Part shown: one piece after another, positions 25,992-37,145 of the stretch | How positions within the stretch are numbered: the first letter of the stretch is position 1 | How the letters are laid out: each line of letters starts with the position of its first letter | NCBI GenBank assembly: GCA_017399025.1 | Contig: JAFQEK010000034.1 | Coordinates: forward strand, 4,107-68,106 | Length of the DNA: 64,000 bases | Direction of reading: 5' to 3' | DNA from: Clostridia bacterium | GTDB lineage: Bacteria > Bacillota > Clostridia > Oscillospirales > CAG-272 | Position numbers and translations under genes: made by a program | The notes under the pieces: model-generated | Told to the model about the DNA's origin: nothing | Databases searched by the model: none | The model's input: the letters and a program-made list of their open reading frames with translations, nothing else

Positions 25992-27671
25992 TTATTCGTT
26001 TTCTCCTCCGAGACAAAGCTCTTTTGCAGCCGCCAAAGTTTGTTCTGTGATTTTTGCACCGCCGATGATTCGTGCAACCTCATTGATGTGTTCTTCCTCC
26101 GTCAGTCCTCTGACCGAAGATTGTGTTCTTCCGTCCGTTTCCGTTTTGGAAACAAAAAGATGGGAATCTGCTACGGCAGCAATCTGCGGAGAGTGCGTAA
26201 CACAGATAACCTGCGTTCCTTTTTGCGCAACTTCGTGTAACTTAATGCCGATTTTATGAGAAGTTCTTCCCGAAATTCCCGTATCAATCTCATCAAAGAT
26301 CAAAGTTTCGGTATGTTCTTTATCCGCAAATGCGCAACGAAGTGCTAGCATCATACGGGAAAGCTCACCGCCTGATGCCACCTTAGAAAGCGGTTGCAAG
26401 GGCTCACCCGGATTGGCAGAAACCGTAAATGCCACTTTATCCACACCGTTTGAAGAAAATTCTCGGAGATTGGTTACTTCGATGCGGAATCGAACCTTTT
26501 CCATATCCAAAAAAACGAGTTCTTTTGTGATCTTATCTTGCAAATATTCTGCAGCAGAACGCCGTTTTTTCGTGATTTGCAATGCAATTTGTTTCAGTTC
26601 TTCGCGAATTTCCGCAAGCTCGTTTTCCAGATCCTCTGAAAGCTCGCCCGATTGTTCCAAATCCCGTAATTTTGCAGCTATGCGTTCTCTGTATTTTTTA
26701 ATCTCTTCAACCGTGCCTCCGTATTTTTTACGCAAGCGCTGAAGATGATCCAAGCGCTCTTCGATACGATCCAGAAGCTCAGACGGATTTTTGATACCCA
26801 TATCGCATTCCTTGCGGATGGTTTCGGCAATATCTTCCAGACGGTATCGGAAATCCGCAAGTGTTTCCGCAAATACCGTAGCTTCACTCAGCACACCTTC
26901 CAATGCGCCAAGAGACTCTTCTGCTTTTTCAAGAAGATCACAGGCGCAAACGCCCTTTTCATTCTGATACAATGTACGGTAGATCAATTTGGCATGTTTT
27001 CCGATCTTTTCCGCATTTTGTACTTTCGTCCGTTTTCGTTTCAGTTCCTCTTCTTCGCCTTCGCGGGGATTGACCGAATCAATATCCTTAATCTGATATT
27101 TCAGAAGCTCCACGGTTCTTGCCTTTTCCTGTTCATCATAAGAAATTTCGACAATACGTTTTTTTACGGCAAGCATTTGTCGGTAAAGTTTCGCATATTC
27201 CTCTTTTTCCTCTTCGCAATCAGCAAAGGCATCCAGAAAAACAATATGAGAATCCTCGTTCAAAAGCGATTGCCCCGTATGCTGTCCGTGGATATGAATC
27301 AGCTTGGTTGCAAGATCGCGCATAATGGAAAGCGGAACCGTTCTGCCGTTGATACGCGCGACAGAACCGCCTTTATCCGTAATATCTCTCTGAAAAAGAA
27401 GCGTTCCACCTTCGGCATCAATGCCAAGTTCCTCCGCAAAAGCAGCAGCTTCTTCGGAAATATCTTCAAAAAGCGCGGAAACCATGGCTTTGCTTTCGCC
27501 TCCACGGATCAATTCGCGGGATGCGCGCGCACCGATAATCAAACCCACAGAGTCTATAATAATAGATTTTCCTGCACCCGTTTCACCGGTCAGAACGGTC
27601 AGGGCATCTCCGGGGCATACATGTTCATCTTTGATAATGGCAATATTATGGATACATAATTCTCTGAGCAA
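25992..27671 (-). CDS. recN: DNA repair protein RecN
   Basis: LTGETGAGKS, ASGGELSR, FDEIDTGISG. Confidence 0.97.
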   Translation of the reverse strand: MLRELCIHNIAIIKDEHVCPGDALTVLTGETGAGKSIIIDSVGLIIGARASRELIRGGESKAMVSALFEDISEEAAAFAEELGIDAEGGTLLFQRDITDKGGSVARINGRTVPLSIMRDLATKLIHIHGQHTGQSLLNEDSHIVFLDAFADCEEEKEEYAKLYRQMLAVKKRIVEISYDEQEKARTVELLKYQIKDIDSVNPREGEEEELKRKRTKVQNAEKIGKHAKLIYRTLYQNEKGVCACDLLEKAEESLGALEGVLSEATVFAETLADFRYRLEDIAETIRKECDMGIKNPSELLDRIEERLDHLQRLRKKYGGTVEEIKKYRERIAAKLRDLEQSGELSEDLENELAEIREELKQIALQITKKRRSAAEYLQDKITKELVFLDMEKVRFRIEVTNLREFSSNGVDKVAFTVSANPGEPLQPLSKVASGGELSRMMLALRCAFADKEHTETLIFDEIDTGISGRTSHKIGIKLHEVAQKGTQVICVTHSPQIAAVADSHLFVSKTETDGRTQSSVRGLTEEEHINEVARIIGGAKITEQTLAAAKELCLGGENE

Positions 27672-27691
27672 AACGACTCCTCCTCACGGCT

Positions 27692-28144
27692 TCAGCGACC
27701 GATGATCTCTCTGATATAATTTGTGAATTCCTCGGCATCCTCTGCATTCCGTACAACGATAAAAATGGTGTCATCTCCCGCAATGCTACCGATCACCGCT
27801 TCTCCCGCAAGCGCGTCTAATGCCGCCGCGGCAGCATTTGCCATACCCGCAAATGTTTTGACAACGATGATGTTTTGCGCATTCTGCGCATTGACAACGG
27901 TTTCCCTCATAATATTTTTTAATTTGTTTTCATTGCTCGAATTTTCACTTCTTGCAACGGTATATTTATATCCGCCGTTTTTTGTCGCGGTCTTGATCAA
28001 TCCCAACTGCTTGATATCACGAGAAACCGTCGCCTGTGTAACGGGATAACCGCTTTCCTTGAGTTTTTCAATCAAATCATCCTGTGTTTCGATCACATAA
28101 TCTCCGATGATTTCGAGAATGCGTGTATGACGGGAATTTTTCAT
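27692..28144 (-). CDS. argR: Arginine repressor
   Basis: TQATVSRDI, IAGDDT. Confidence 0.96.
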   Translation of the reverse strand: MKNSRHTRILEIIGDYVIETQDDLIEKLKESGYPVTQATVSRDIKQLGLIKTATKNGGYKYTVARSENSSNENKLKNIMRETVVNAQNAQNIIVVKTFAGMANAAAAALDALAGEAVIGSIAGDDTIFIVVRNAEDAEEFTNYIREIIGR

Positions 28145-28166
28145 GTAATTTATTTCCTTTACCGTT

Positions 28167-29057
28167 TTATTTTTTGTTTAATTTGGTTTCCAAAATATCA
28201 TAAAAACGGTTTGCACCGATTTTGATGATCTTGGCTGTGTATTGAGATTTCTTAATATGTATCACCGCTTCCTTGGGAACAAGGCAAGCATTTTTACCGT
28301 CCATGGTTACGTGAATATCCGTCATAACGTCCCTCGTTCTGCCTGAAACGGAAAGTTCGGTTTCCGGAGAAAGCAGAACTGCCCTGCTCAGCAAGGAATG
28401 CGGGCAAATCGGCTTGACGGAGACAATGGAAGCAAGGGGGTCGATAATGGGGCCCCCCGCCGAAAAGGAATACGCCGTGGAGCCTGTGGGCGTTGCTATG
28501 ATAATGCCGTCGGCACGGTAATCCAATTTGCCGCCCGGCGTACAAATCAGGGAAAATTCCGCGATTTTGGAGCGTATCCCGCTTGCAATCACAACATCAT
28601 TCAGGATTCTTTGCGAATGCAGAATCTTACCGTCAAGAACAATTTCAGCTTCGAGAAGCATCCTTGTTTCCACCGAAAAATTTCCTTCGGCAAGCGCAGA
28701 AAGCTTTTCTGTCTCCGTTCTCTCCAATGCCATGAGAAAACCGAGATGCCCGAGATTGATTCCGATAGCAGGTTTATCTTTTTCCGCCGCACGGATGCAA
28801 TGGTCGATCATTGTTCCGTCGCCGCCAAGAACAAGAATCATCTCGGCTTCTTCCATCATCTGATCTGTATTTTCAAAAAAATTCACCTGTAATGTTTCAT
28901 TTTCAAAAAACGGGCGCGCCGTTTCCGAAAGATATGAGAAAATTCCGTTTTCCGAAAGGATCCGGACTGCGCGTTTGGTGTAACTGTATTCCTGATCATA
29001 TTCAGAATTTTGAAAAATAGCGATTTTTTTCGGTATCACAAAGTCCATCTCCTTCAA
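28167..29057 (-). CDS. nadK: NAD kinase
   Basis: GGDGT, GHLGFL, TPTGSTAYS. The start could be ATG 29048. Confidence 0.95.
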   Translation of the reverse strand: MKEMDFVIPKKIAIFQNSEYDQEYSYTKRAVRILSENGIFSYLSETARPFFENETLQVNFFENTDQMMEEAEMILVLGGDGTMIDHCIRAAEKDKPAIGINLGHLGFLMALERTETEKLSALAEGNFSVETRMLLEAEIVLDGKILHSQRILNDVVIASGIRSKIAEFSLICTPGGKLDYRADGIIIATPTGSTAYSFSAGGPIIDPLASIVSVKPICPHSLLSRAVLLSPETELSVSGRTRDVMTDIHVTMDGKNACLVPKEAVIHIKKSQYTAKIIKIGANRFYDILETKLNKK

Positions 29058-29074
29058 TATTCTTCAAAAATAAA

Positions 29075-29851
29075 TTATGAAAATACGGCTTTTTTGATTT
29101 CGGGCAGAGCCGTATTTTTTCTTTCTCCGATGCGAAAGAGCGCAAGATATTCCCGATTTCCGTCCCCGCCTTCAATCGGAGAGGGTATCAGCGCTTCCGG
29201 ATACAAACCTTCCGATTCTGCCGCTTGAAACAAGTTTTCAATGACTTTTACATGGATTTTACGGTCGCGGACAATCCCGCCTTTTCCGATATGTTCTTTG
29301 CCCGCTTCGAATTGCGGCTTGATCAAGCTGATAAAAACTCCTCCCGTTTTGACATTTGCGCGCACTGCGGGATAGATCAATGCCTGGGAAATGAATGAAA
29401 GATCCGATACGGCAAGATCGCAAAGCTCCCCCGTCATTTCGGGAGTCAGCGTCCGGGCATTCGTGCCTTCCAATGAGCATACTTTCGGATTTTCGGCAAG
29501 GCTTCTGTCCAATTGGCCGTGTCCCACATCAACGGCATAAACACGGGCAGCACCGTTTTGTAGCAAACAGTCTGTAAAACCGCCCGTAGAGGCACCGAGA
29601 TCCAACGCAATTTTATCCTTGATTTCCGGATGAAACGAAAAAATTGCCGCTTCCAGTTTTACGCCTCCGCGACTGACATATCTGGACGGATTTTCAATTC
29701 TGATTTCGCAAACGGGTGTATTCTCACCAATATCCTGCGAAGACTTTTCAATGCGTTTTCCGCTTATATAAACACCGTCTTTGATCAACGATGCCGCATG
29801 GCTTCTGCTCTTCGCGAGTCCTTTTTCAAAAAGAAATTTATCTGCTCTCAT
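29075..29851 (-). CDS. tlyA: TlyA-family rRNA methyltransferase
   Basis: YVSRGGVKL, DLGASTGGFTD, LIKPQFE. ATG 29851. Confidence 0.95.
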   Translation of the reverse strand: MRADKFLFEKGLAKSRSHAASLIKDGVYISGKRIEKSSQDIGENTPVCEIRIENPSRYVSRGGVKLEAAIFSFHPEIKDKIALDLGASTGGFTDCLLQNGAARVYAVDVGHGQLDRSLAENPKVCSLEGTNARTLTPEMTGELCDLAVSDLSFISQALIYPAVRANVKTGGVFISLIKPQFEAGKEHIGKGGIVRDRKIHVKVIENLFQAAESEGLYPEALIPSPIEGGDGNREYLALFRIGERKNTALPEIKKAVFS

Positions 29852-30062
29852 AAAAATCCTTTCGTTCCCTTTTTCCATATTCCGCAAAATAAAAGTTTTT
29901 GTACAATATCGTTTTTATTATATCACAGATATAATGAATATTCAAGAGAAACTCTGCTGATTTATTCAGAATTTTTTCATTCTTTTGCATATTCATTCAC
30001 AGATATTCATGACAATAACAAAGCCGGCAGAACGTATTTCCATTCTGCCGGTTTGAAAAATT

Positions 30063-32036
30063 TTATTGATTATAATAATCGACGTGCACTTCGTGCGAAA
30101 GCGATCCGAGCACAAAATAAATGCGCGGACGAACAGCTTCATTGAAATAAACCTGATTCAAAGATGTGCAGGTACTGTCAAACAACATAATACCGGGAGT
30201 TTCGAGATTTTCGGGGAAATATACCGTTTTCAAAGCGGTACAACCCTCAAATATACTTGCTCCGATTGTTTTTACATTAGGCGAAAACTTGAACTGTTTC
30301 AAAGATGTGTTGTAAGAAAACGCTGCTTCGCGGACTTCTTCCAAACCGGTTCCTCCGGAAATATCGGAAAGCGAAGAGCAAAGACCGAACGCACTTGCGC
30401 CGATCACACGCAACGAGGAAGGCAATACTACTTTTTTCACACTGTCCAGACGGTAGAATGCCCTGTCTTCAATAATTTCCAAACCTTCGGGCAAATACAA
30501 TTCTTTCACATGATAACTGATATTGTATTTTGTAACACCGGCAGCACTGAGGCCTGTCAGATCATCGGGAATATATGCACTGTCCCATCCACAGAACACG
30601 GCACCCGAAATGATTTTAACGCCTTCGGGAACATGAATTGCCGTCTGTCCTTCGGCTACATAAGCGGCAAGCAAAACCCCATTGGAAATCCAGTAACGAT
30701 CTGCTTCATTCTCCGATTTAGATGCCTTTTCCATAAAGTTTGTATAAGCCCCCGTAGAAGAAAAAGCATATTCGCCAACGGTTTTTATGCTTTGGGGCAG
30801 GTTGACGGTTTCAAGACCTTTGCAACCCTGAAAAGCATAACTGCCGATATATTCCAAATTTTTACAATCATTAAAATTCACTTTAGCTTTGGTATCAATG
30901 CCTTCTACCATAATATTAAACGCTGTCTGATCAATGCTGATAAGATCTTTGTTCAAAACAATATCTTCCAATGCAAAACAACCTTCAAAAGCCGATTTTC
31001 CGATTTCACGGACACCTTCCGGAATGGTAATGCTCTTCAACTCGGTTGCATAAGAATAACCGTAATTTTTCGGCTCATTGGCGATTGCCGCATTGTAAAA
31101 TGCTCTTGCACCGATCGCTTTGATTCCTTTTCCGGAAAGATCCAATTCTGAGGGGTGAACCGTGGTTTTGATCAAAACACCGTCTCCGACAATCAGATAA
31201 GCATCGTCCTGTTGATGATACCAACGGGTATAGTTCAGCGCGCCGAAATCCACCATTGCAACCGAAGAAGGAATGGAAATATCAGCAAGTCTGGTGCAGT
31301 TATAGAACGCATAAATACCGATTCGATTCACACCTTCCGGAATTTCAACGGAGCGCAGCATGGAACAACCGCTAAAAACATAATCTCCGATTTCGCGAAG
31401 TTCCGTTACACCGTCAAAAGAAATGTTTTTTAAAGCGGAACATTCCGAAAATACCCAATTTTCGATTTTTTCCAACTTGGAAGAAAACTGAATGTTTTCC
31501 AATGCAGTGCAATTGATAAATGCTGCTTCTCCGATACGGCGGATATGCTCAAGAGAGATCGTTTTCAAAGAAACACAATACGAAAACGCACATTCATTTA
31601 TCGTATCCACCGTTGAAGGAAGCACAATTTCGGTCAAACGCTCACAGCTTGCAAATGCATGGGAACCGATTATTTCCAGTCCTTCGCTGAGAGTCACTTT
31701 TTTCAAGGATGTGCAGTACTGGAATGCACCAGAACCGATGATTTTGACATTCGGACCGATAACAACTTCTTTCAATGAGGTATCCCCCATAAATGCGCCT
31801 TCACTGATCATAGAGATCGTTTCGGGAATCACATAAACACCGTTCTCGTCCGCCTGTCCGATACATGAAACCAAAATCTCATCGTGATCTCCGCCAACTA
31901 AATAATTTTTTTCCGGAAGATTATTATTTATCGGTTTTGAAGATGTGGTTTCGTTGGACAACGTGTTGTTATTACATGAGGTAAAACAACACACCGCCAT
32001 ACAAATACATAAACAAAAAGCAATTAATTTCTTCAT
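30063..32036 (-). CDS. BspA-type leucine-rich-repeat lipoprotein
   Basis: Lipobox FTSC and many IG..AF..C..L..I.LP repeats. Confidence 0.92.
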   Translation of the reverse strand: MKKLIAFCLCICMAVCCFTSCNNNTLSNETTSSKPINNNLPEKNYLVGGDHDEILVSCIGQADENGVYVIPETISMISEGAFMGDTSLKEVVIGPNVKIIGSGAFQYCTSLKKVTLSEGLEIIGSHAFASCERLTEIVLPSTVDTINECAFSYCVSLKTISLEHIRRIGEAAFINCTALENIQFSSKLEKIENWVFSECSALKNISFDGVTELREIGDYVFSGCSMLRSVEIPEGVNRIGIYAFYNCTRLADISIPSSVAMVDFGALNYTRWYHQQDDAYLIVGDGVLIKTTVHPSELDLSGKGIKAIGARAFYNAAIANEPKNYGYSYATELKSITIPEGVREIGKSAFEGCFALEDIVLNKDLISIDQTAFNIMVEGIDTKAKVNFNDCKNLEYIGSYAFQGCKGLETVNLPQSIKTVGEYAFSSTGAYTNFMEKASKSENEADRYWISNGVLLAAYVAEGQTAIHVPEGVKIISGAVFCGWDSAYIPDDLTGLSAAGVTKYNISYHVKELYLPEGLEIIEDRAFYRLDSVKKVVLPSSLRVIGASAFGLCSSLSDISGGTGLEEVREAAFSYNTSLKQFKFSPNVKTIGASIFEGCTALKTVYFPENLETPGIMLFDSTCTSLNQVYFNEAVRPRIYFVLGSLSHEVHVDYYNQ

Positions 32037-32234
32037 TAAAATATGCCCGTCCTTTCAAAATAAAACAGCACCTGCCGCTGACTGTTTATTTTTGTCGTTT
32101 TTTGATATTATATAACAAAATTGAAATTCTGTCAACCATATTCCAAAGAAGTTCACAAACTTGTAAAAACTCATTCAAAAATTCTGCTGAAATAGGCTTT
32201 TAAAAACAAAAACCAAAGAGAAAAAACAAATCTC

Positions 32235-32278
32235 TTGACATTAAAATGAAAAAGCGGTATAATGTTAGCAACCTAACA
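32235..32278 (+). promoter_or_regulatory. Consensus sigmaA promoter with an overlapping putative MarR operator
   Basis: TTGACA(32235)-N17-TATAAT(32258). Palindrome TGTTAG-caac-CTAACA at 32263-32278. Confidence 0.8.
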
Positions 32279-32313
32279 ATATCACATTCCGTATCAGAAA
32301 GGAGGCATTCCAA

Positions 32314-32757
32314 ATGGCAGAACCATTCAGAATCGGTGCTCAAATCAAATCTCTTTCACATCTCATTATGAGAGAAATCGGCAATTGTATCTGCGGAAAA
32401 TATCCGGATGAAGCAACGGGAAACAATATGTTCATTATCGGATATCTGGCACATCACAAAAACCGTGATATCTTTCAGAAAGATCTGGAAGAGTTTTTTT
32501 CCGTGCGCCGTTCCACAATGTCTAACATCATTCTGCGCATGGAGCAAAAAGGCTTTTTGCTCCGTGAGCCCGTTTTATACGACCGCAGACTGAAAAAATT
32601 GGTATTGACGGAAAAGGGAGAAAAACTCCATACCATGATGGAATCCGTTGTATTTCAAACAGAGGAAAAGCTGACCTTGGGATTTTCTGCGGAAGAAAAA
32701 GCAACTCTTTCCCAACTTTTGGAAAAGCTTCGCCAAAATTTGGAATCCGGCATCTGA
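32314..32757 (+). CDS. MarR-family regulator
   Basis: QKDLE...RSTMSNI...DRRLKKLVLTEKG. Confidence 0.92.
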   Translation: MAEPFRIGAQIKSLSHLIMREIGNCICGKYPDEATGNNMFIIGYLAHHKNRDIFQKDLEEFFSVRRSTMSNIILRMEQKGFLLREPVLYDRRLKKLVLTEKGEKLHTMMESVVFQTEEKLTLGFSAEEKATLSQLLEKLRQNLESGI

Positions 32758-32817
32758 AACCGAATGCGAATAAAAAATAAAAAGAAAGGAATCCCAAATG
32801 GGAAAGCAACTAATTTT

Positions 32818-34563
32818 ATGATCAAAAGACTTTCCAAATGCATTAAGGGGTATACGTGGCAAACCATTCTTTCCCCGCTGTTTATTGCGCTTGAGGTCAT
32901 CATCGAATGTATTATCCCCCTTGTTACCAAAGACCTTGTAAACTATCTTAACAGCGGCGAAACACTCTCCATGGATACAATCAAAAGCTATGGACTCACG
33001 CTTGTCTTGCTTGCTGTTGCCTCGCTTTGTTGCGGTGCGCTTTCCGGTTGGTTCTGCGCAACTGCTTCCTGCGGATTTGCAAAAAACTTACGCCGCGAGC
33101 TTTATTATAAGGTTCAGGATTTTTCTTTTTCCAATATTGATAAATTCTCAACCTCCAGTCTTGTAACCCGTCTGACGACGGACGTTACCAATGTGCAGCA
33201 ATCCTTCATGATGCTGATTCGTATTGCCATCCGCGCACCGTTTATGCTGATCTTCTCCATGATCATGGCATTTATTCTCGGCGGTTGGCTCGCTTGCGTA
33301 TACGTATTGCTCGTGCCCGTTCTGGGATTCGCACTTTTCAGCATTGCGCGCAAGGTTATGCCGATCTTCCGCGGCGCTTTCCGCAAATACGATAAGCTGA
33401 ATGAATCCGTTCAGGAAAATATCGGCGGCATCCGCGTGGTAAAATCCTTTGTAAGAGAGGATTTTGAAACGGAAAAATTCAAAAAAGCTTCCGGTGATCT
33501 TGCAAAAGATTTTACGAGAGCTGAAAAAATTCTCGCGCTCAATAATCCTTTTATGCAAATTGCAATCAATACCTCCATGGTTTGCGTTTGTCTGTTTGCT
33601 TCTTATCTTATTATTTCCACAGGCGGCGTTACATATAACCTTGGTAACTTTTCCAGCCTCTTGACTTACGGTGTTCAGATTCTCTCCAACTGCATGATGC
33701 TTTCCATGGTATTTGTAACCCTGACGATGTCTATGGAATCCGCGCGCCGTATTGTTGAAGTTCTGGGTGAAGAAAGCTCCATTCAAGCACCCGAAAACGC
33801 AATCAAAGAAGTTTCCGACGGTTCCATCGAATTTGAAAACGTCAGCTTCAAATATTCCGAAAAAGCAGAGAAAAATGCGCTTTCCAACATCACCCTGCAT
33901 ATAAAATCCGGTGAAACTATCGGTATTATCGGAGGAACAGGAAGCTCCAAAACTTCTCTCGTTCAAATGATCCCCCGTCTTTACGATGCCACGGAAGGCG
34001 TTGTGAAGGTTGGCGGAATCGATGTACAGAAATATGATCTTGATTCACTTCGAAATGAGGTTTCCATGGTTCTTCAGAAAAATGTTCTTTTCTCCGGAAC
34101 GATCAAGGACAATCTTCGCTGGGGTGATCCGAATGCTTCCGATGAAGAATTGGTACGCATTTCCAAGCTTGCCTGCGCAGATGAATTCGTTTCTTCTTTC
34201 CCGAACGGTTACGATACCTTTATTGAACGCGGAGGCACAAACGTATCGGGAGGTCAGAAGCAAAGGCTTTGTATTGCACGTGCGCTTCTGAAAAAGCCGA
34301 AAATCCTGATTCTGGATGACTCTACTTCTGCGGTGGATACAAAAACGGATGCTATGATCCGCAAAGCATTCCGCGAAGAAATTCCCGGAACAACGAAGAT
34401 CATCATCGCGCAGCGTATTTCTTCCGTAGAGGATGCCGACCGCATCATTGTTCTGGACGGCGGTAAGATTGACGGTATTGGTACGCACGAAGAACTTTTG
34501 AAGAATAATGCTATTTACCGCGAAGTATATGAATCTCAAGTGAAAGGGGGAGAAGATGAATGA
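32818..34563 (+). CDS. Heterodimeric multidrug-type ABC exporter, subunit 1 (degenerate Walker A)
   Basis: TM domain, GGTGSSKT, VSGGQKQR, LDDSTSAVD. Start ATG 32818 preferred, 32764 possible. Confidence 0.92.
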   Translation: MIKRLSKCIKGYTWQTILSPLFIALEVIIECIIPLVTKDLVNYLNSGETLSMDTIKSYGLTLVLLAVASLCCGALSGWFCATASCGFAKNLRRELYYKVQDFSFSNIDKFSTSSLVTRLTTDVTNVQQSFMMLIRIAIRAPFMLIFSMIMAFILGGWLACVYVLLVPVLGFALFSIARKVMPIFRGAFRKYDKLNESVQENIGGIRVVKSFVREDFETEKFKKASGDLAKDFTRAEKILALNNPFMQIAINTSMVCVCLFASYLIISTGGVTYNLGNFSSLLTYGVQILSNCMMLSMVFVTLTMSMESARRIVEVLGEESSIQAPENAIKEVSDGSIEFENVSFKYSEKAEKNALSNITLHIKSGETIGIIGGTGSSKTSLVQMIPRLYDATEGVVKVGGIDVQKYDLDSLRNEVSMVLQKNVLFSGTIKDNLRWGDPNASDEELVRISKLACADEFVSSFPNGYDTFIERGGTNVSGGQKQRLCIARALLKKPKILILDDSTSAVDTKTDAMIRKAFREEIPGTTKIIIAQRISSVEDADRIIVLDGGKIDGIGTHEELLKNNAIYREVYESQVKGGEDE

Positions 34564-36506
34564 ATAAACGTCCTTCCATGGCGGGCGCAGGACGCCCGAA
34601 AGCAAAAAAAGGTACGTTGAAGCGTGTATTGAAATTTCTTGTGAAATATTACAAGAAATCTTTGATTCTGGTGGGGATCTGTCTTGTGATCAGCGCGCTT
34701 GTCAACTCGGTTTCTTCTATTTTCACGCAAAACTTTCTTGAATATGTCAATGAAGGCCTTGCTATTTTTAAAACGAGCGGTGTAACAGCCGCATTGGAAA
34801 CCGTCTATCCCAAAATCATTGCTCTTGTTTTGACTTTAATGGGTGTTTATCTGACGGGCTTGATCTGCAATTTCCTTTGGACACGTACCATGGCCAAGGT
34901 TACGCAGGGTACCTTGGATAACATGAGAAACGAAATGTTTGCAAAAATGCAAACGCTTCCTATCAAATATTTCGATACCCATCCGCACGGCGATATCATG
35001 AGCCATTACACCAATGATATAGATACTCTCCGTCAGCTTATTTCCCAAAGTATTCCCAGTATGATTTCCTCTTCCATCATTGTAATTTCTTTGATTTGCA
35101 TTATGCTGTATTACAGCCTTCATCTTTTCCTTGTGGTTCTTATCGGTGCTTTTTTGATGGTGTTCGTTACCAAAACAATCGGCGGACGAAGCGCAAGATA
35201 TTTTATTCGCCAACAAAAATCACTCGGTAACGAAGAAGGCTACATCGAAGAAATGATGAACGGTCAGAAAGTTGTTAAGGTATTCTGTCATGAAAACGCT
35301 TGCAAAGAGGATTTTGATAAAATCAATGATCAGCTTTTCCGCGATGCGCAGAGCGCAAACCGTTTTGCCAATATCTTAATGCCGATTCTTGGTAATCTTG
35401 GTAATATTCTTTATGTTCTTGTGGTTTTCATCGGAGGTTCTTTACTTCTTGCCGAAGGAAACATTGAAAATCCTCTTTCAAAAGTTGTACTTGATGTTAC
35501 TATCGTTGCGGCATTTCTCAACATGACGCGACAATTCTGCATGAATGTCAATCAGGCTTCCCAGCATATTAACTCCATTGCGATGGCACTTGCAGGCGCT
35601 TCCCGTATTTTTGAGCTTCTTGACGAAGAACCTGAAGCAGACAGCGGTTACGTTACGCTCGTCAATGCCGCTTACGATCATGACGGTAATCTGGTGGAAT
35701 CCAAGGAGCGCACCAATATCTGGGCATGGAAGCACCCCCACCGCGCAGACGGAACCATTACGTATACCCGCTTACAGGGCGATGTTCGTCTGACGGATGT
35801 GGATTTCGGTTACGTGCCCGAAAAATTGGTTTTGCATAACATCACGCTGACTGCCGAACCCGGTAATAAGATTGCTTTTGTAGGCGCAACGGGCGCAGGC
35901 AAAACTACGATTACCAATTTGATCAACCGTTTCTATGATATTGCCGACGGCAAGGTCCGTTATGACGGAATCAATATCAATAAGATCAAAAAATCCGATC
36001 TCCGCCGTTCACTCGGCATCGTTTTACAGGATACCAATCTCTTTACGGGAACGGTTATGGAAAATATCCGTTACGGTAGATTGGACGCTACTGATGAAGA
36101 GGTTTACGTAGCTGCTCAGCTTGCCAATGCGCATGATTTTATCACCCGTCTGCCCGACGGTTACAATACCATGCTCACAAGTAACGGCGCAAATCTTTCC
36201 CAAGGTCAGCGTCAGCTTCTTTCTATCGCACGTGCTGCCGTTGCCGATCCTCCCGTTATGATTCTCGATGAAGCTACCTCTTCCATCGATACCAGAACGG
36301 AAGCACTCGTTTCGCAAGGCATGGACGGTCTTATGTACGGCAGAACGGTATTTGTCATTGCGCACCGTCTTTCCACCGTTCGCAATTCCGATTCGATCAC
36401 AGTGCTTGAAAAAGGCCGGATAATCGAACGCGGTACGCATAACGAGCTGATTGCCCAAAAAGGAAAATATTATCAACTCTACACCGGCGCATTTGAACTT
36501 GAATAA
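34560..36506 (+). CDS. Heterodimeric multidrug-type ABC exporter, subunit 2
   Basis: GATGAGKT, LSQGQRQL, LDEATSS. ATGA overlap with subunit 1. Confidence 0.94.
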   Translation: MNKRPSMAGAGRPKAKKGTLKRVLKFLVKYYKKSLILVGICLVISALVNSVSSIFTQNFLEYVNEGLAIFKTSGVTAALETVYPKIIALVLTLMGVYLTGLICNFLWTRTMAKVTQGTLDNMRNEMFAKMQTLPIKYFDTHPHGDIMSHYTNDIDTLRQLISQSIPSMISSSIIVISLICIMLYYSLHLFLVVLIGAFLMVFVTKTIGGRSARYFIRQQKSLGNEEGYIEEMMNGQKVVKVFCHENACKEDFDKINDQLFRDAQSANRFANILMPILGNLGNILYVLVVFIGGSLLLAEGNIENPLSKVVLDVTIVAAFLNMTRQFCMNVNQASQHINSIAMALAGASRIFELLDEEPEADSGYVTLVNAAYDHDGNLVESKERTNIWAWKHPHRADGTITYTRLQGDVRLTDVDFGYVPEKLVLHNITLTAEPGNKIAFVGATGAGKTTITNLINRFYDIADGKVRYDGININKIKKSDLRRSLGIVLQDTNLFTGTVMENIRYGRLDATDEEVYVAAQLANAHDFITRLPDGYNTMLTSNGANLSQGQRQLLSIARAAVADPPVMILDEATSSIDTRTEALVSQGMDGLMYGRTVFVIAHRLSTVRNSDSITVLEKGRIIERGTHNELIAQKGKYYQLYTGAFELE

Positions 36507-36608
36507 AGTTTTTTAACAAAAATGGCTGCCATCCGTATCCTGAACGATACCGGACGGTAGCCGTTTTCTCATTGTTTTCGAAAATTTTTCCCTGATGTTG
36601 ACGACTTC

Positions 36609-36968
36609 TCAGCGGACCTTTGCACCAAAAGGCATAAGCGAAAGCTTTGCAAACTTAAAATATTGCAGACCGAACGGAATGCCGATGATGGTTACGCAGA
36701 ACGCGCAGCCTGCAAGCAAAAAGCCAATCGCAAGCTCCAAACCGCCGAAAATCAGCCACAAAATATTAACAAAAAGGGATACGGTATTTTTACCGTATGA
36801 AATCTCCTTATCAAAAGGGAGCAGACAGAGTTTCGCAAACTTAAAGCATTGCAAGCCGACAGGGATGCCGATGATTGTGATACACCACAAAGCACCCAAA
36901 GCCAGCCATAAAAAAGAAGCCGCCAATCCTCCGAACAATACCCACAAAATATTACCGATCAGTTTCAT
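36609..36968 (-). CDS. YccF domain membrane protein
   Basis: Duplicated NILW..FGG and TIIGIP.GLQ.FK.A motifs. Confidence 0.9.
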   Translation of the reverse strand: MKLIGNILWVLFGGLAASFLWLALGALWCITIIGIPVGLQCFKFAKLCLLPFDKEISYGKNTVSLFVNILWLIFGGLELAIGFLLAGCAFCVTIIGIPFGLQYFKFAKLSLMPFGAKVR

Positions 36969-37145
36969 TTTTCTTTCCTTTCTGATTTAAAATATACTTT
37001 ATTATATCACAGATTTCCGAAAAAGCAATGTGGAAAAGAAAAACAAACGCACAGAAATGCCCTTGTATTTTGCTTCATTTTATGATATAATTATATCAAA
37101 TCAAGCGGATATACTCCGTATTTTCAAAAAGAAAGGAACGGAACT

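Noticed and set aside
30063-32036. Periodic repeats that might be an array or diversity-generating target
   Set aside because: Protein-level BspA-type LRRs, degenerate at the DNA level. No reverse transcriptase or template repeat seen.
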